Below are positions 13,197-26,081 of a stretch of 64,000 nt of DNA, piece after piece. The notes below the pieces were generated by a model. The model worked only from the letters and a program-made list of their open reading frames with translations. It did no database searches and was not told the DNA's origin. This DNA comes from Octopus sinensis (lineage: Eukaryota). The stretch's first letter is position 1, and every line of letters begins with the position of its first letter. Location: the NCBI RefSeq assembly GCF_006345805.1, contig NC_043008.1, forward strand, positions 6,696,001 through 6,760,000, in the 5' to 3' direction. The position numbers and the translations under genes are program-made.

Positions 13197-13730
13197 GAAA
13201 CCCTAATGATCCCAGGAGGCAGAAGTTGCTGAAAGTAGCTGTAGATCAGGAGGTTCAAGCCCTGTCAGGGACAGTGCTATGGTCAGGTAGCACTAACTGG
13301 ACCCCAGATGGAGCTTGACCAACCTTGACTCGACCACTAGGTTGAGGGTATCCAACCGAGGTTGAAAGACTGGAAACCCTAATGATCCCAGGAGGCAGAG
13401 GTTGCTCAAGGTGACTGTAAATAATGTGGCTCAAGACCTGGGAGGAGCAGTGTTATCAAAGGGTAGTGCTAACTGGACCCTAGATGGAGCTTGACCAATC
13501 TTGACTGAATCATTAGGGTGAGGGTATCTGAGGTTGAAAGACTGGAAACCCCTAATGATCCCAGGAATCAACAGAATTTGCTGAAGGTGGCAGCAGATCA
13601 AGTGGTTCAAGCTCTGGAAAGGGTAGTGCTACCATGGGGTAATACTAACTGGAGCTTGATGAACCTTGACTAGATCACCAGGATAAGGGTATCTGAGGTT
13701 GAAAGACTGGAAACCCCTAACGATCTCTGG
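13197..13730. repeat. Diverged tandem repeat, three units of about 176, 172 and 165 bp plus a partial unit
   Basis: GAAACCC(C)TAA.GATC recurs at 13197, 13373, 13545 and 13710. Confidence 0.9.
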
Positions 13731-14317
13731 AAACATCACTAATTATGGGACCCAGGTGCATCACAGGATGATGTATGGGAAAAAGTGATTGTAAAAGTGT
13801 TATAGAATCTTGTCGTTAGTAATGTAAAAGATTCATAATAATAACAATTTACAATTTATTCTGATGTAAACCATTTAATTTTTGGTCAATTAAAATTCCA
13901 GGCCAGGTGGAGATAATTCCCTTGTTCCATAATTTCATTAGATTAAAAATTATTCTCCGCTCATTACAACAATTGCTGATGTCTGCACTTGATTATGTGT
14001 TCTTCTTGCAGAAGGCACCCTTGGGAAATTTTCTCTCTACTCAAAACCAGACGCCAGTGGTCTTTATTAGATAAAATTCCAAAGAAAAAAACTTCTACAG
14101 TTCAAGCAATTCTAAATTTGGTATATGTGAAAATGTAAAGCACAATTACCAGATGGCAATAATTTGTCAGCTTCTGTTTGTAAGAAGATGGAATGTAAAA
14201 CGGTAAGATTAAAAAGTACATTTGAAAGATTCCTCAGTTTTTTTTTTTCATTTAGCACTCAAATATGTTTAAATACATCAACAGGTGCAATCATTAGTGT
14301 ACATATTTGTGCATAGA

Positions 14318-14428
14318 TGATGTATGTATGTATGTATGTATGTATGTATGTATGTATGTATGTTGTATGTATGTATGTATATCTGTATGTATGTATACAT
14401 ATATGTAAGTATATGTATGTATATATAT

Positions 14429-14486
<58 letters not shown>

Positions 14487-14965
14487 ATATATTATATATA
14501 TATATATGTACACATGTATGTATATATATGTATGTATACATGTATGTATAAATATATGTATGTATATATATGTATGTATACATGTATGTATGTATGAATG
14601 TATGTATATATATATGCATGTATGTATGTATGTATATGTATGTATATGTATGTATGCATGTCTGTATGTATACATGAATGTCTGTATATGTGTATTTATG
14701 CATGTGTATATGTATGTATGTTTGTATGTACTTATGTATATATGTATGTATATATATATATGTATGTATACATGTATGTATATGTATGTAGATGAATGTA
14801 TGTATATGTATGTATGTATATATGCATGTATGTATGTATATGTATGCATGTATACATACTTGTATGTATGTATATATGTATGCATGCATACATGTATGTA
14901 TGTGCGTATGTATACATGTATGTATGTATGTATGTATGTATGTGTGTATATGTGTGTATATGTTC
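14318..14965. repeat. (TATG)n/(TA)n compound microsatellite
   Basis: Seen directly. Confidence 0.95.
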
Positions 14966-15264
14966 ATAAACAAGTGCTTAAGCCATGTTAGTATAATCAC
15001 AAAATAGAAGAACAATCTTGTTAAGCAAATATGATGACAAAAGTAGAACAAAACAGAAATGATTTAATTGTGAAAGTGAAAGTAAGAAGCTGTCACATGG
15101 CGTAAAGAGATCTTTTAACCATTTAACAACAGCACAATCATTGTTATGTGCACTTTTGGTTTATTTATTGTTTCGTTTCTGTCAAAAACTTTTTTTTTTC
15201 ACTTCTTTGACCTGGCCAAGGATACAATTTCATTTGGAAATAACAGTTTTTTTAACTTTACATA

Positions 15265-15460
15265 TTATTATCATCATCATCATCATCATCATCGTCATCA
15301 TCGTCGTCATCATCATTGTCGTTGTCATCATCATCATCATCATCGTTGTCATTGTCATTTTCATGATCATCATCGTCATCATCATCATCGTCATCATCAT
15401 CATATTCATTTTTATCATTGCCATCATTGTCATCATCATTATCATCATCATCATCATTGT
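15265..15460. repeat. (CAT)n microsatellite
   Basis: Seen directly. Confidence 0.95.
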
Positions 15461-15581
15461 CAACCATACAATCGGTTAGTCAATTTACACAAGAAAGACA
15501 ACAAAATTTTGATTTCATGCTGGAAGAAATAAAACGAGGGTCCAATGTATTACTTGAGCTTACTTACTCCTGATTTGTGAC

Positions 15582-15918
15582 CACTGGTTCTCAACCAGGG
15601 TCCATATAACATTTTGTGGGGTCCACATAACATAATAATAAATTAGGGATCCACATGATATTTTAAGGGCCTCTGAAAAAATGTTGCTTTAGATATATGC
15701 ATTGGGATGTGTTACAAGAAACAGTTTTTTTCCCTCTAATATTTCACATAATCCAACCAACACAAGTTAATGCGTGAAAAACAAAATAAAAATTTTGAAA
15801 GAAGTTTCTAGAAAACCAGTCTTTAAACATCAAATGGCTATGGGGGGGGGGGTCCACCAGAATAAAATAGTAATCAAAGGGGCACACAGAGAAAAAAAAA
15901 ATCAGTTGAGAACCCTTG
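15582..15918. mobile_element. hAT (Charlie-type) MITE
   Basis: TIRs CACTGGTTCTCAAC / GTTGAGAACCCTTG; 8-bp flanks TTTGTGAC and TTCCAGAC match at 5 of 8 positions, consistent with an old 8-bp TSD. Confidence 0.75.
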
Positions 15919-17639
15919 TTCCAGACTGATGAAAAGCAAATACTGAGTGATGATAAAACTTAGAAAAAGAATATCGAATAAAGATCTTCATGAGGAATTC
16001 TTCAGAGTTGCCATCTCCACCTCTGTTGGACCAATACACGTATGGATAAACAAATTCAGAAGCTGGTTCTCTTCTTCTTTTTGCTTTTAGGTTTGCTGTC
16101 TCCTTCAGAATTACAATATATCACAAGCAATTATAAGCTTTCTAAAAAGCCTTATTATGGACATTTCTAGATTATTTATGTTTTCCTTATTTATGTTTTT
16201 ATTTATTTTCATTGTTATTTATTTTTATTATTATTAAAAATACAACAACAGCAACAACAACTAAAAAAGAACAAAAAAATATACTTAGGTGTTCAGGTTT
16301 ATGCATAGAATTATAAAAGAATGAGTCTGAAAAATAAATAGTATAGATTGATATTTATATATTTCTATACAGATGTATTTTTTCCTTTCTAGGAGGGAAA
16401 AAAAATTATATTTATAGTAAGTTGCTAATGGAAGAATACGTGACACCACATAGATAATATTTCAGACTACAAGTACATATAATGATATGCAGATGTGCTT
16501 GTATACAAGATCTTACAATTAAGATAAAGATGTACCTATACAATAATGCACAGATGAGTGTGTGAGTGTGTGAGTGTGTGTTGTGTGTGTGTAAACACAC
16601 ATGTATATTCCTGTATATCTACTGCTTTGATATACATATATCATGTGTGTACATGTATGGTATGTGTATTTGTAGAGAAATGTATGTGTAAGTTTATATA
16701 TGTATTTATGCATATATGTATAAATACATATATATATGTATAGATACATGTATTTATAAATACATATATATATGTATAAATACATATATATATGTATAAA
16801 TACATGTATGTATAAATACATATATATATATGTATAAATACATATATGTATAAATACATATATATATGTATAAATACATATATATATATAAATACATATA
16901 TATGTACGATGTATGTATGATGTACATTATACATGTATATGCATGATGTGTATAATACAGATATATCTATGATGTATGTATATTATAGATATATGTGTAT
17001 GGTGTACATGTGTATGGTGGAAATGTATGTACATGTGTGCTTTGTATGTTGTCATTTGGAATAACCAAAATTCGTACAAGCACAGACAATAGTTATGTTG
17101 GTAAACTCTTTCAAAACAAATACACAGAAAATAACTATGGATTCTTGGAGTTGATAAATTGCCAGGAATCAGCCAGTTACCAAATTCATTGTTCATTCGT
17201 TATTTTGCCAAGATTTGATAAAAACTTTTAATGATTTGAAAGTTCTTTATTTAGAAAATCATTATTGAAAAGGCAGAGTTCTCATCTCAAAGAATCATCT
17301 TTTTTATTTCTCCAAGGGTCACTCAAACAAATGCCCAATAATGTCATGGTTTTGACCAAACTATTGGATGTTGTTATACATCGCTGGTCACAATGCGATT
17401 TGTATTGTTTTAGCTTTTGAACAATGCTATCCTGCTGGAAGACTATTTTGGCTACACAGTTTCCCATTCAAGACAGAGTGTTTTGCTCCAGAAGATAATG
17501 TATTGCCTCGTCTGGGAATTGAAACCACAATCTAGTGATCCTGAATGCAGCACCTTAACCACTAAGCCATGCAACTTCACTAATAATATACAAGAAAATG
17601 ACTTACACAAGTCATTCTGTTTGCTAAATTGACTTCTAT

Positions 17640-17865
17640 GTCTGTGTGTGTCTGTGTGTCCCACCACTGCTTGACAACCGGTGTTGGTGTGTTTATGTCC
17701 CCTGTAACTTAGCGGTTCGGCAAAAGAAGCTGATAAAATAAATACTAGGTTGCAAAAAAAATAATAAGTCCTGGGGTCGATTTGTTCAGCAAAAAAAACT
17801 CTTGAAAGCTGTGCACCAGCATGGCCACAGTCAAATGATTAGAACAAATAAAAGACAAAAGATAA
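17640..17865 (+). mobile_element. Family B SINE, 3' half
   Basis: GCTTGACAACCG.TGTTGGTGTGTTTA...CCAGCATGGCCACAGTC. Confidence 0.8.
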
Positions 17866-18259
17866 AACAATACAAAAACGCATGTTCAGATAAACAACAA
17901 CAACAACAACAACGGCAGCAGCAGCAGAAGCAGCAGTAGCAGCGACTGCAGTCATCAGTACATACCAATAAATAGTTATATAAATAGACTTTTTGAATCA
18001 CATTGATAGATGGAAGCAGAATGGTTGCTGGCTCAGAAAATGGGATTTTGGAATGAGTGAAAAGGTTCTTAATATGATTGGAAGAAAAAGAAAAACAAAA
18101 GACAAAAAATAAAAAACGATGAACTTTGGAATTGGTTCACTGTAAGGAAATATCTTTTTAACATTTTAAAAGTATGGCAAAAATCCATAAGCTATTTTAT
18201 ATTGTAACCCCTTCTAATCTCAGCTGTGGTGATTTGCTCTGTCTATTTAATTGCCTATC

Positions 18260-18266
18260 TATCTGC

Positions 18267-18332
<66 letters not shown>

Positions 18333-18453
18333 GTCTATCTGCCTTTCTATCTATCTATCTATCTGTCTATCTGCCTTTCTATCTATCTATCTATCTATCT
18401 ATCTACCTATCTATCTGCCTGTCTATCTATCTATCTACCTATCTATCTGCCTG

Positions 18454-18520
<67 letters not shown>

Positions 18521-18620
18521 GTCTATCTATCTATCTATCTATATGCCTATCTATCTATCTGCCTATCTATCTGCCTATCTATCTGCTTGCCTGTCTGCCT
18601 GTCTGCCTGCCTGCCTGTCT
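18260..18620. repeat. (TATC)n/(TGCC)n microsatellite
   Basis: Seen directly. Confidence 0.95.
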
Positions 18621-18734
18621 ATCTGTCTTTATCTGTCTCTCCCTCTATCCATCTGTGTCTCGCTATCTCTCAATATAACTATATCTGTCTCTCTATCTCT
18701 TTCTGTGTCTGTTGGTCTATCTGCCTCTGCCCCT

Positions 18735-18783
<49 letters not shown>

Positions 18784-18795
18784 ATATATATATAC

Positions 18796-19025
18796 ATATT
18801 GTTATATTTCGGAATGGTCATATTGCCAGTTTAGCCAATAAAAACACGCACTATATATTTGGTGTTATTTTGCTTCAGTGATATTTATTTTTTACATTAA
18901 TCTTAATCTTATTTCGGCCAAAGTTCTTTCGTCACACTCCTGTGACCACATCAGTGGTCCTTTGTTTTCTTCTCACTTACTTGTGGCTAAACTGGCAATA
19001 TGACCATTCCGAAATATAACAATAT
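18796..19025. mobile_element. Penelope-like terminal-repeat relic: perfect 42-bp inverted repeat enclosing a degenerate hammerhead
   Basis: 18796-18837 is the exact reverse complement of 18984-19025. The minus strand at 18916-18960 reads GGACCA CTGATG TG GTCACA-GGAG-TGTGAC GAAA GAAC TT TGGCC. Confidence 0.6.
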
Positions 19026-19606
19026 CTGTTTCAACACACGACTTCACATAAAAAATCTTGCACAACAAATATTTAAACGTATATATACATATATATACAT
19101 ATACTACCCGTTCATCTATCACTGTCTCTCTCTCTGTCTCTGTTTCTCTATATTTATTTATTCGTTATTGATTTCGTTAGCACTGCTAACACTTCTCACT
19201 GGTGAAGTACTCATTATTCTGTTTTCGCTATAAAAACCTGAAGGAAATCAACAAAATTTATTGCAAAAATATTGGTATGGAAGCAGTGTAATGCTTAACT
19301 TTCATCTTCACACAATATCGGCCAGACATTTGTCAACTTAATGAATTGACTGTCATCGGCAAACACTAAAAGAATTCTGATTAAACTTACTGAATATCAA
19401 GTGAAAAGAAAGAATAAATATTTAATATATTAACCCATCTCTGTTTTACCATTTTTACATGCTATGTAATCTCCAATCACTTAAAACTCATAAATAACGT
19501 CATTCACCAACCACCACCACATGTCTTCGCAAGATATTTCTTGCTTTCACACTTAGCTGTTCTCTTTCTTGTATTGTCCTTTCAAACACTTCTCCTCGTC
19601 TCTTAC

Positions 19607-19776
19607 CTTGGTTTTACGATTAATGCATAAACCATCTCCGTCATTTACTCTTTGTCTTTCTCTTTTACTCTCTTGCTTAAATAATCGTCCAGGTTTTTTA
19701 CAGCTGCTCTGCGATTGATCAATTGATCGGCAGCAAAAAATATTGGTGAAGTTTTCTCAGAATCACACCCTTCTAT
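19607..19776 (-). other. Candidate exon of an unidentified gene
   Basis: Acceptor TCCTTCTTCTTTTTCTAAG|, donor AAG|GTAAGA, long overlapping open frames, and local CpG retention. The frame open from the acceptor stops before the donor. Confidence 0.2.
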
Positions 19777-19996
19777 CTTAGAAAAAGAAGAAGGACCTGT
19801 TTGACATTGCCCAAGATATCCTTCTGCTACAGGCTCAAGACCCAAAATTTGGTGGAGGGACAAGTTGATTATATTGACCCCAATACATAGCTGGTACTTA
19901 TTTCAACTCTGAAAAAATGAAAGGCAAAGTTGACCTCGGTGGACATTGCCCAAAATACAAAAAACAGGATTATCACCAATGAAATATGTTCAACTA

Positions 19997-20260
19997 TAGG
20001 CATGGCAGTGGCTGTGTGGTAAGTAGCTTGCTTATGAACCACATGGTTCCAGGTTCAGTTCCACTGCATGGCACCTTGGGCAAGTGTCTTCTACTATAGC
20101 CTCATAGCTGACCAAAGCCTTGTGAGTGGATTTGGTAGATGGAAACTGAAAGAAGCCCATCGTATATATGTGTATGTGTATATATATGTGTGTGTGTGTT
20201 TGTGTGTCTGTATTTTTCACCCCAAGATCGCTTGGCAAGCGATGCTGGTGTGTTTACCAC
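19997..20260 (+). mobile_element. Family B SINE, 5' part
   Basis: tRNA-like head plus CORE-like segment, with several CpG-to-TpG changes. Confidence 0.8.
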
Positions 20261-22866
20261 AGGAAAGAAAACATGGAGGCAAATGACCAGATTTCAAGTA
20301 AGAATATAATAGATTTAATCCGACATTCTGTTATCTTGACTCCTTCACTGCCCTGTTAAATGATTAAGGTGGCTTACACTAAATACAGTAACAAATTTAT
20401 AGGAAAGGGTTTTATGTGACTACCAGAGCATATAACTAAAATTTATTGACCTGGGAAGGATGAAAGGTAAGCTCTTAATTAGCAGAATTTGAACTCAGAT
20501 GGCAAACCAAACATTGTTGTAAGGTATTTTGATAAGATTTTCAGGAAAGTGGAACCATGTTGAGTTGCAACTGTGACAAATTTGATTCTAAATCGAAGTC
20601 CTTTATTGCGTTTGTGTTGTTTGGAAACACTTGAATATCGCAGACCTTAATTTTCCTTTCCTTAATGTCAGCAAGTTTTCTCATCCATTAATGAAAAGTA
20701 ACAACTACTCAAAGAATGGTCTGTATTTAACACGTTGATAATTACAGGGATTCAATTACACAGCTTTATTCTATCACATTGATAAGTACATTGATTGGAT
20801 TGCATTCAGATCAGGGATTTTGCGACGGTTCCGTCTGCTTTAAAGGCGTAAACAGTATTAAGGAAATGATAATGCTTTTAGCAATTGAAGTAATGAAAAT
20901 ATTTATTGACTTCACAAAAGGATGGAAGCTGCCAAACTCTTTGTATCAAAACTGCTACTAATCTTAAGTGGATTTATTTATTTTGTAATGGTTTAATGGA
21001 AACGGTTTGTACTTCTCACTTGCAAAGTCTTCATTCATGTCAAAGAAAGAAACTATTTGCTTTCTATACCCCCACCAAACCCCATCCCCAACCCAAACCC
21101 AAACCCCAAATCTGCTATAAGTGGATCTAAAGTCCTAGTTTTGGCACCGAGTCAAGGTAAATAATTTAATGGAAACATCTTGGTCTGCAAATAGCACAAT
21201 GCTTGACCCTTATCTTCTCCTATGTTGTTAAGACCAGCGTTTCTTAAATTGGGGAATAAAATTATTTTTGAGTAAATGAAACTGGTGATTGAAAGTATTT
21301 TGAGGGGAATGAAATTAGTGAATGAAAACAGGATAGGTGAAAGACTTTATTTATTCAGATATATACATTTTTTTCCAATGCTTAAAAAGCCATTACCCTT
21401 AAAGAGGTTAATAATAATTTTACGGCAGTGGATAAAGAAATTTAAATTTTGTTTTGTTTTCTGCTCTGTCCAATTCCAAAGTAACAGGATACTTTCTGAA
21501 TATAGTGTCTCTGTAATGTTTTAGAGGAGAAAAGACCAGCTTTTAGGATTGCAATAGACAACTGACGAAGAGTTAATTTACTTTGTATTGCTGACATAGC
21601 TATTTTTCTTCATCATCATCATCATCATCACCTTGCTCATCATTTAACATTTGTTTTCCTTGCTACATGGTTTGACAAGAGCTGGCAAGCTGCAGAGCTG
21701 CACCAGGCTTCAATTATCAGTTTTGGCAGGGTTGCCATGGTTGGATAGCCTTCCCAATGCTATCCACTTTACAGTGTTTACTGGGTGTTTTCACTGCAGT
21801 TTAGTGCCCCAGCACTCACATGCATTTTGATGCAGCCTAATTCAGAGGGGGGTGATGCGAGCTAAATTTTTTGGTTGTAGATTAATACAGCATTGCAGAA
21901 ACAGAGGAGAAAACAGCAGTCTTGGAGGTAAAAGGTACAGAAGGAAGTAGGTTAACTATGAAGAAGCAGAAGATGAGTGTCCAAGAGGTAAATCATTTGT
22001 TTTGGGTAAGAAAGATTCTGAACATATTGAACCTAAAAATGCAGATTGACATGTCATGAATGATGACTGCTAAGTTTGGTTAACAAATGCACACAAATAC
22101 ACACATGCATATATGTGTGTATGCATGCGTATAGTTAGATAACAATGTTCAAATATCACATGCACACACATTAAATATCTAAATACTCACATGTAAACAC
22201 ACATACACAAATATATATATATACATATATAAATATCGAACTAAAACATATACATATAACGACACATATACACCCATTGTGTAAATATGTCCATGTGGAT
22301 ATCTATCCTAAAGCAAGTTCTAACCCCTTTATTAAGCCCAACTACACCGCTCAAAGTTGATGTATATTTCACAAGGCTCTCATTCTAAAAAAAAGTTAAA
22401 GAAACTGCATGGATTCTTTATCTCTCCTCATGACTGACCGATTTCTATAGAACAACTAAGGAAACACCATATTTTCTATTTTTGTCATTTTGATTTTGTA
22501 ATTTCAATTATGAAATTATCTTTCCGAGCAATATCATACAACAGCCAACAAACATGTGTAGAATAAAAAGATCGCTTTTAGCTGCATGACATTCCTAAGT
22601 CTATGTTCCTTCCAAGAATGAACAATAATTCTTAATTGTTTGCTGTTCTTTAAAGAATTTCTTTCATATTGCTTCAGCTAAAAAATATGGTACCGTGTTT
22701 GAATTAAAATAATTTCCCTCTATTTTATTGGAATTTAAAAATATTTTTATTATTTTTACTCCCCACTCCTTATTATAACTTATTGATATAATTTCATACG
22801 ATTTTAGTTATTCTGGTAAAAGATAAATTTTAAACTGTTTTTAACAATAATTAATGACTTAAAAAT

Positions 22867-22914
<48 letters not shown>

Positions 22915-23072
22915 GAAATATAGGCATCAATATTTTTGGTGTTACAAAATATTGACATTAAATAAATATGTTAATAAATATTGGTTTGAGATTTTGCCAC
23001 AAGGCCATAATTTTGGGGATAGAGGCTGGTATTTATTTTTTTAATTCCAAAAAGATGAAAGACAAAGTCGAC

Positions 23073-23259
23073 AGGCAGAAGAGTGGGTGTGTGGTAAGTA
23101 GCTTGCTCACCAACCACATGGTTCCGGGTTCAGTTCCACTGCGTGGCACCTTGGGCAAGTGTCTACTACTATAGCTTCGGGCCGACCAAAGCCTTGTGAG
23201 TGGATTTGGTAGATGGAAACTGAAAGAAGCCCGTCGTATATATGCACACACATATATAT

Positions 23260-23337
<78 letters not shown>

Positions 23338-23590
23338 TATATGTGTATATATGTGTGTATATGTGTGTGTGTATATGTTTGTGTGTCTGTGTTTGTCCCC
23401 CCCAACATCGCTTGACAACCGATGCTGGTGTGTTTAGGTCCCCGTAACTTAGTGTTTCGGCAAAAGAGACGACCGATAGAATAGGTACTAGGCTTACAAA
23501 GAATAAGTCCTGGGGTCAATTTGCTCGACTAAAGGCGGTGCTCCAGCATGGCAACAGTCAAATAACTGAAACAAATAAAAGAGTTAGAAG
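23073..23590 (+). mobile_element. Family B SINE, full length, with expanded internal (TA)n
   Basis: 5' and 3' halves are colinear with the other copies. Confidence 0.85.
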
Positions 23591-23997
23591 ACAAAGATGA
23601 ACAAAATGCCGCTAAGCAGTTTGCCTAGAATTGCTAACCATTCTGCCAGCTTGTTGCCTCATGTCTTTACAAATATTGCTTTCAAATTTTGACACAAGGC
23701 CAGCAATTTCGTGTATGGGATCTGGTTGATTATATCGATCCCGGTGTTTAACGGGTTCTTATTTCATCGAGAACGAAAGGATGAAAGGCTGAATTGACCT
23801 CGGCAGAATTTGAACTCAGAAATGTAAAGATGAATGAAATGCCGCTAAGTATTTTTGCCCTGTGTGCTAACGACTCTGCCAGCTTGCAGCCTTATTCATT
23901 AGCTCCAGCATGGCCGCAGCCAAAATGACTGAAACAAGTAAAAGAGTACCAAATATTCAATGTTTTGGTATTTTAATAACTCTAATATATGCAAAAA

Positions 23998-24482
23998 CTC
24001 TGTGTGTGTGTGCGTGTGTGTTTTTGTGTGTGTGCGCATGTTTGTGTTTGTGTGTGTGTGCATGTGTGTCTGTGTGCGTGTGTTTGTATGTGCGCACGTG
24101 TGTGCATGTGTGTGCGCACGTGTGTGTGTACATGTGAGTGTGTATATGTGTGTGTGTATGTGTATGTATGTGTGTGTGTGTGTGTATGTGCGCGTGTGCA
24201 TGTGTTTTTGTGTGTGTGTGCACGTGTGTGTGTATGTGTGTGTATGTGCGTGTGTGCATGTGTTTTTGTTTGTGTGCGCACGTGTGTGAACGTGTGTGCA
24301 TGTGTGCGCGCACGTGTGTGTGTACGTGTGTGTGTATGTGTGTGTGTATGCGTATGTATGTGTGTGTATGTTTGTGTATGTGTGTGTATGTGTGTGTGTA
24401 TGTGTGTGTGTAAGTGTGTGTGTATGTGTATGTATATGTGTGTGTATGTGTGTGTGTATGTATATGTGTGTGTATGTGTGTG
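23998..24482. repeat. Complex (TG)n microsatellite
   Basis: Seen directly. Confidence 0.95.
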
Positions 24483-24949
24483 TTTGCATTTGATTTGGAG
24501 GCTCTTCATGTTAAACATCATTTAAGCTGTGGAAAATTATTGACCAACGAATCGCTTGAAGCGGGACTGAAGCCATTTGATGAATTGGATATTTAAGTAA
24601 AAAGACACTCTAGTGAGAAAAAAAGCAAAAAAAAAAAGCAAAAAAACAAGCAAATGTTTATGATGAAGCTAATGATGTAGAGTTAATTACGAAAGATGAT
24701 ATGATGAGAATAATGAAAGTAACGAAAGATTATCTCCATAATGAAGCTGATAAAAGATTTGTCTGCGTCCATGACTTGAAGCCAAAATTCGGAGTCGTGT
24801 CAATTACCTAAGCTGTACAAACCGTGGCCAGTTCTATAGAACTGATGTAGACTTTTTGGTGGTTATATAGAAATTCTTAGATTGGAAGAGGCTCTGAAAA
24901 CTCGTCCAACCATCTGTATACCTGATACTTGCAAGGTCCAGGCAAGCAA

Positions 24950-25420
24950 CCTTGCTCGGGCCTTGCACAAGTCGGGTTAAGGTTGCTTGTGGAAGACCAG
25001 CAGTCGCCCATGAGTTGCGATGTCACACTGGTGCCAAGCTGAATCAGCCCCTCATTTCTACAGCTGAGTGAACTGGAGCAATGTGAAATAAAGTGTCTTG
25101 CTCAAGAACACACCACACAGCCCGGTCCAGGAATCGAACTCACTACCTCATGATTATGAGCCCGACTCTCTAATCTATTTCTTTACTACCCACAAGGGGC
25201 TAAAGACAGAGAGGACAAACAAGGACAGACAAAGGGATTAAGTCGATTATATCGACCCAGTGCGTAACTGGTACTTAATTTATCGACCCCGAAAGGACGA
25301 AAGACAAAGTCGACCTCGGTGGAATTTGAACTCAGAACGTAGCGGCAGATGAACGCCCGGCGTGCTAACGTTTCTGCCAGTTCGCCGCCTTGAGCCCGAC
25401 GCTCTAACCACTGAACAAAG
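24950..25420 (-). mobile_element. Family D tRNA SINE interrupted by a family A SINE (25176-25390)
   Basis: B box GAGTTCGATTCC and GTGTTCTTGAGCAAGACACTTTATTTCAC core. The nested family A copy is flanked by a 19-bp duplication, TGAGCCCGAC(T/G)CTCTAA(T/C)C, at 25157-25175 and 25391-25409. Confidence 0.75.
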
Positions 25421-25439
25421 CACCTTCACACACACACAT

Positions 25440-25482
<43 letters not shown>

Positions 25483-25674
25483 CATACATACATACATACA
25501 TACATACATACATACATACATACATACACATACATATGCATCCATATATAGATGTGTGTGTATGTTTAATCCATATATTTCATCAGTTCCATGGTTAAAC
25601 GTTAAAATTATTGACACTCAAATTTCTGACTTGGTTTTTCTACATGGACAGACCTCTTATATACTTGTTGTTCA

Positions 25675-26039
25675 CAATACACACACACACTTACACACAC
25701 ACACACTTACACACACACACACTTACACACACACACACTTACACACACGCACACTTACACACACACACACTTACACACACACACTTACACACACACACAC
25801 ATTACACACACACACACCACACACCACACTTACACACACACACACTTACACACACACACACTTAACACACACACACTTACACACACACACACTTACACAC
25901 ACACACTTACACACACACACACACACACACACACACCACACACACACACTTAACACACACACACTTACAACACACACACACACAACACACACATTACACA
26001 CACACACACACACTTACACACACACACACTTACCACACA

Positions 26040-26080
<41 letters not shown>
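25675..26080. repeat. (CA)n minisatellite punctuated by ACTTAC about every 16 bp
   Basis: About 15 ACTTAC copies counted by eye. Confidence 0.9.

Positions 26081-26081
<1 letters not shown>

Noticed and set aside
13197-13730. CRISPR-like appearance of the tandem repeat
   Set aside because: Spacers are long and homologous to each other, the context is eukaryotic, and there are no cas genes.
14012-14202. + strand segment between a strong acceptor and a GTAAGA donor
   Set aside because: All three frames contain stops across the full segment.
21070-21110. Telomere-like (AACCC) tract
   Set aside because: Short, irregular and not TTAGGG; most likely low-complexity sequence.
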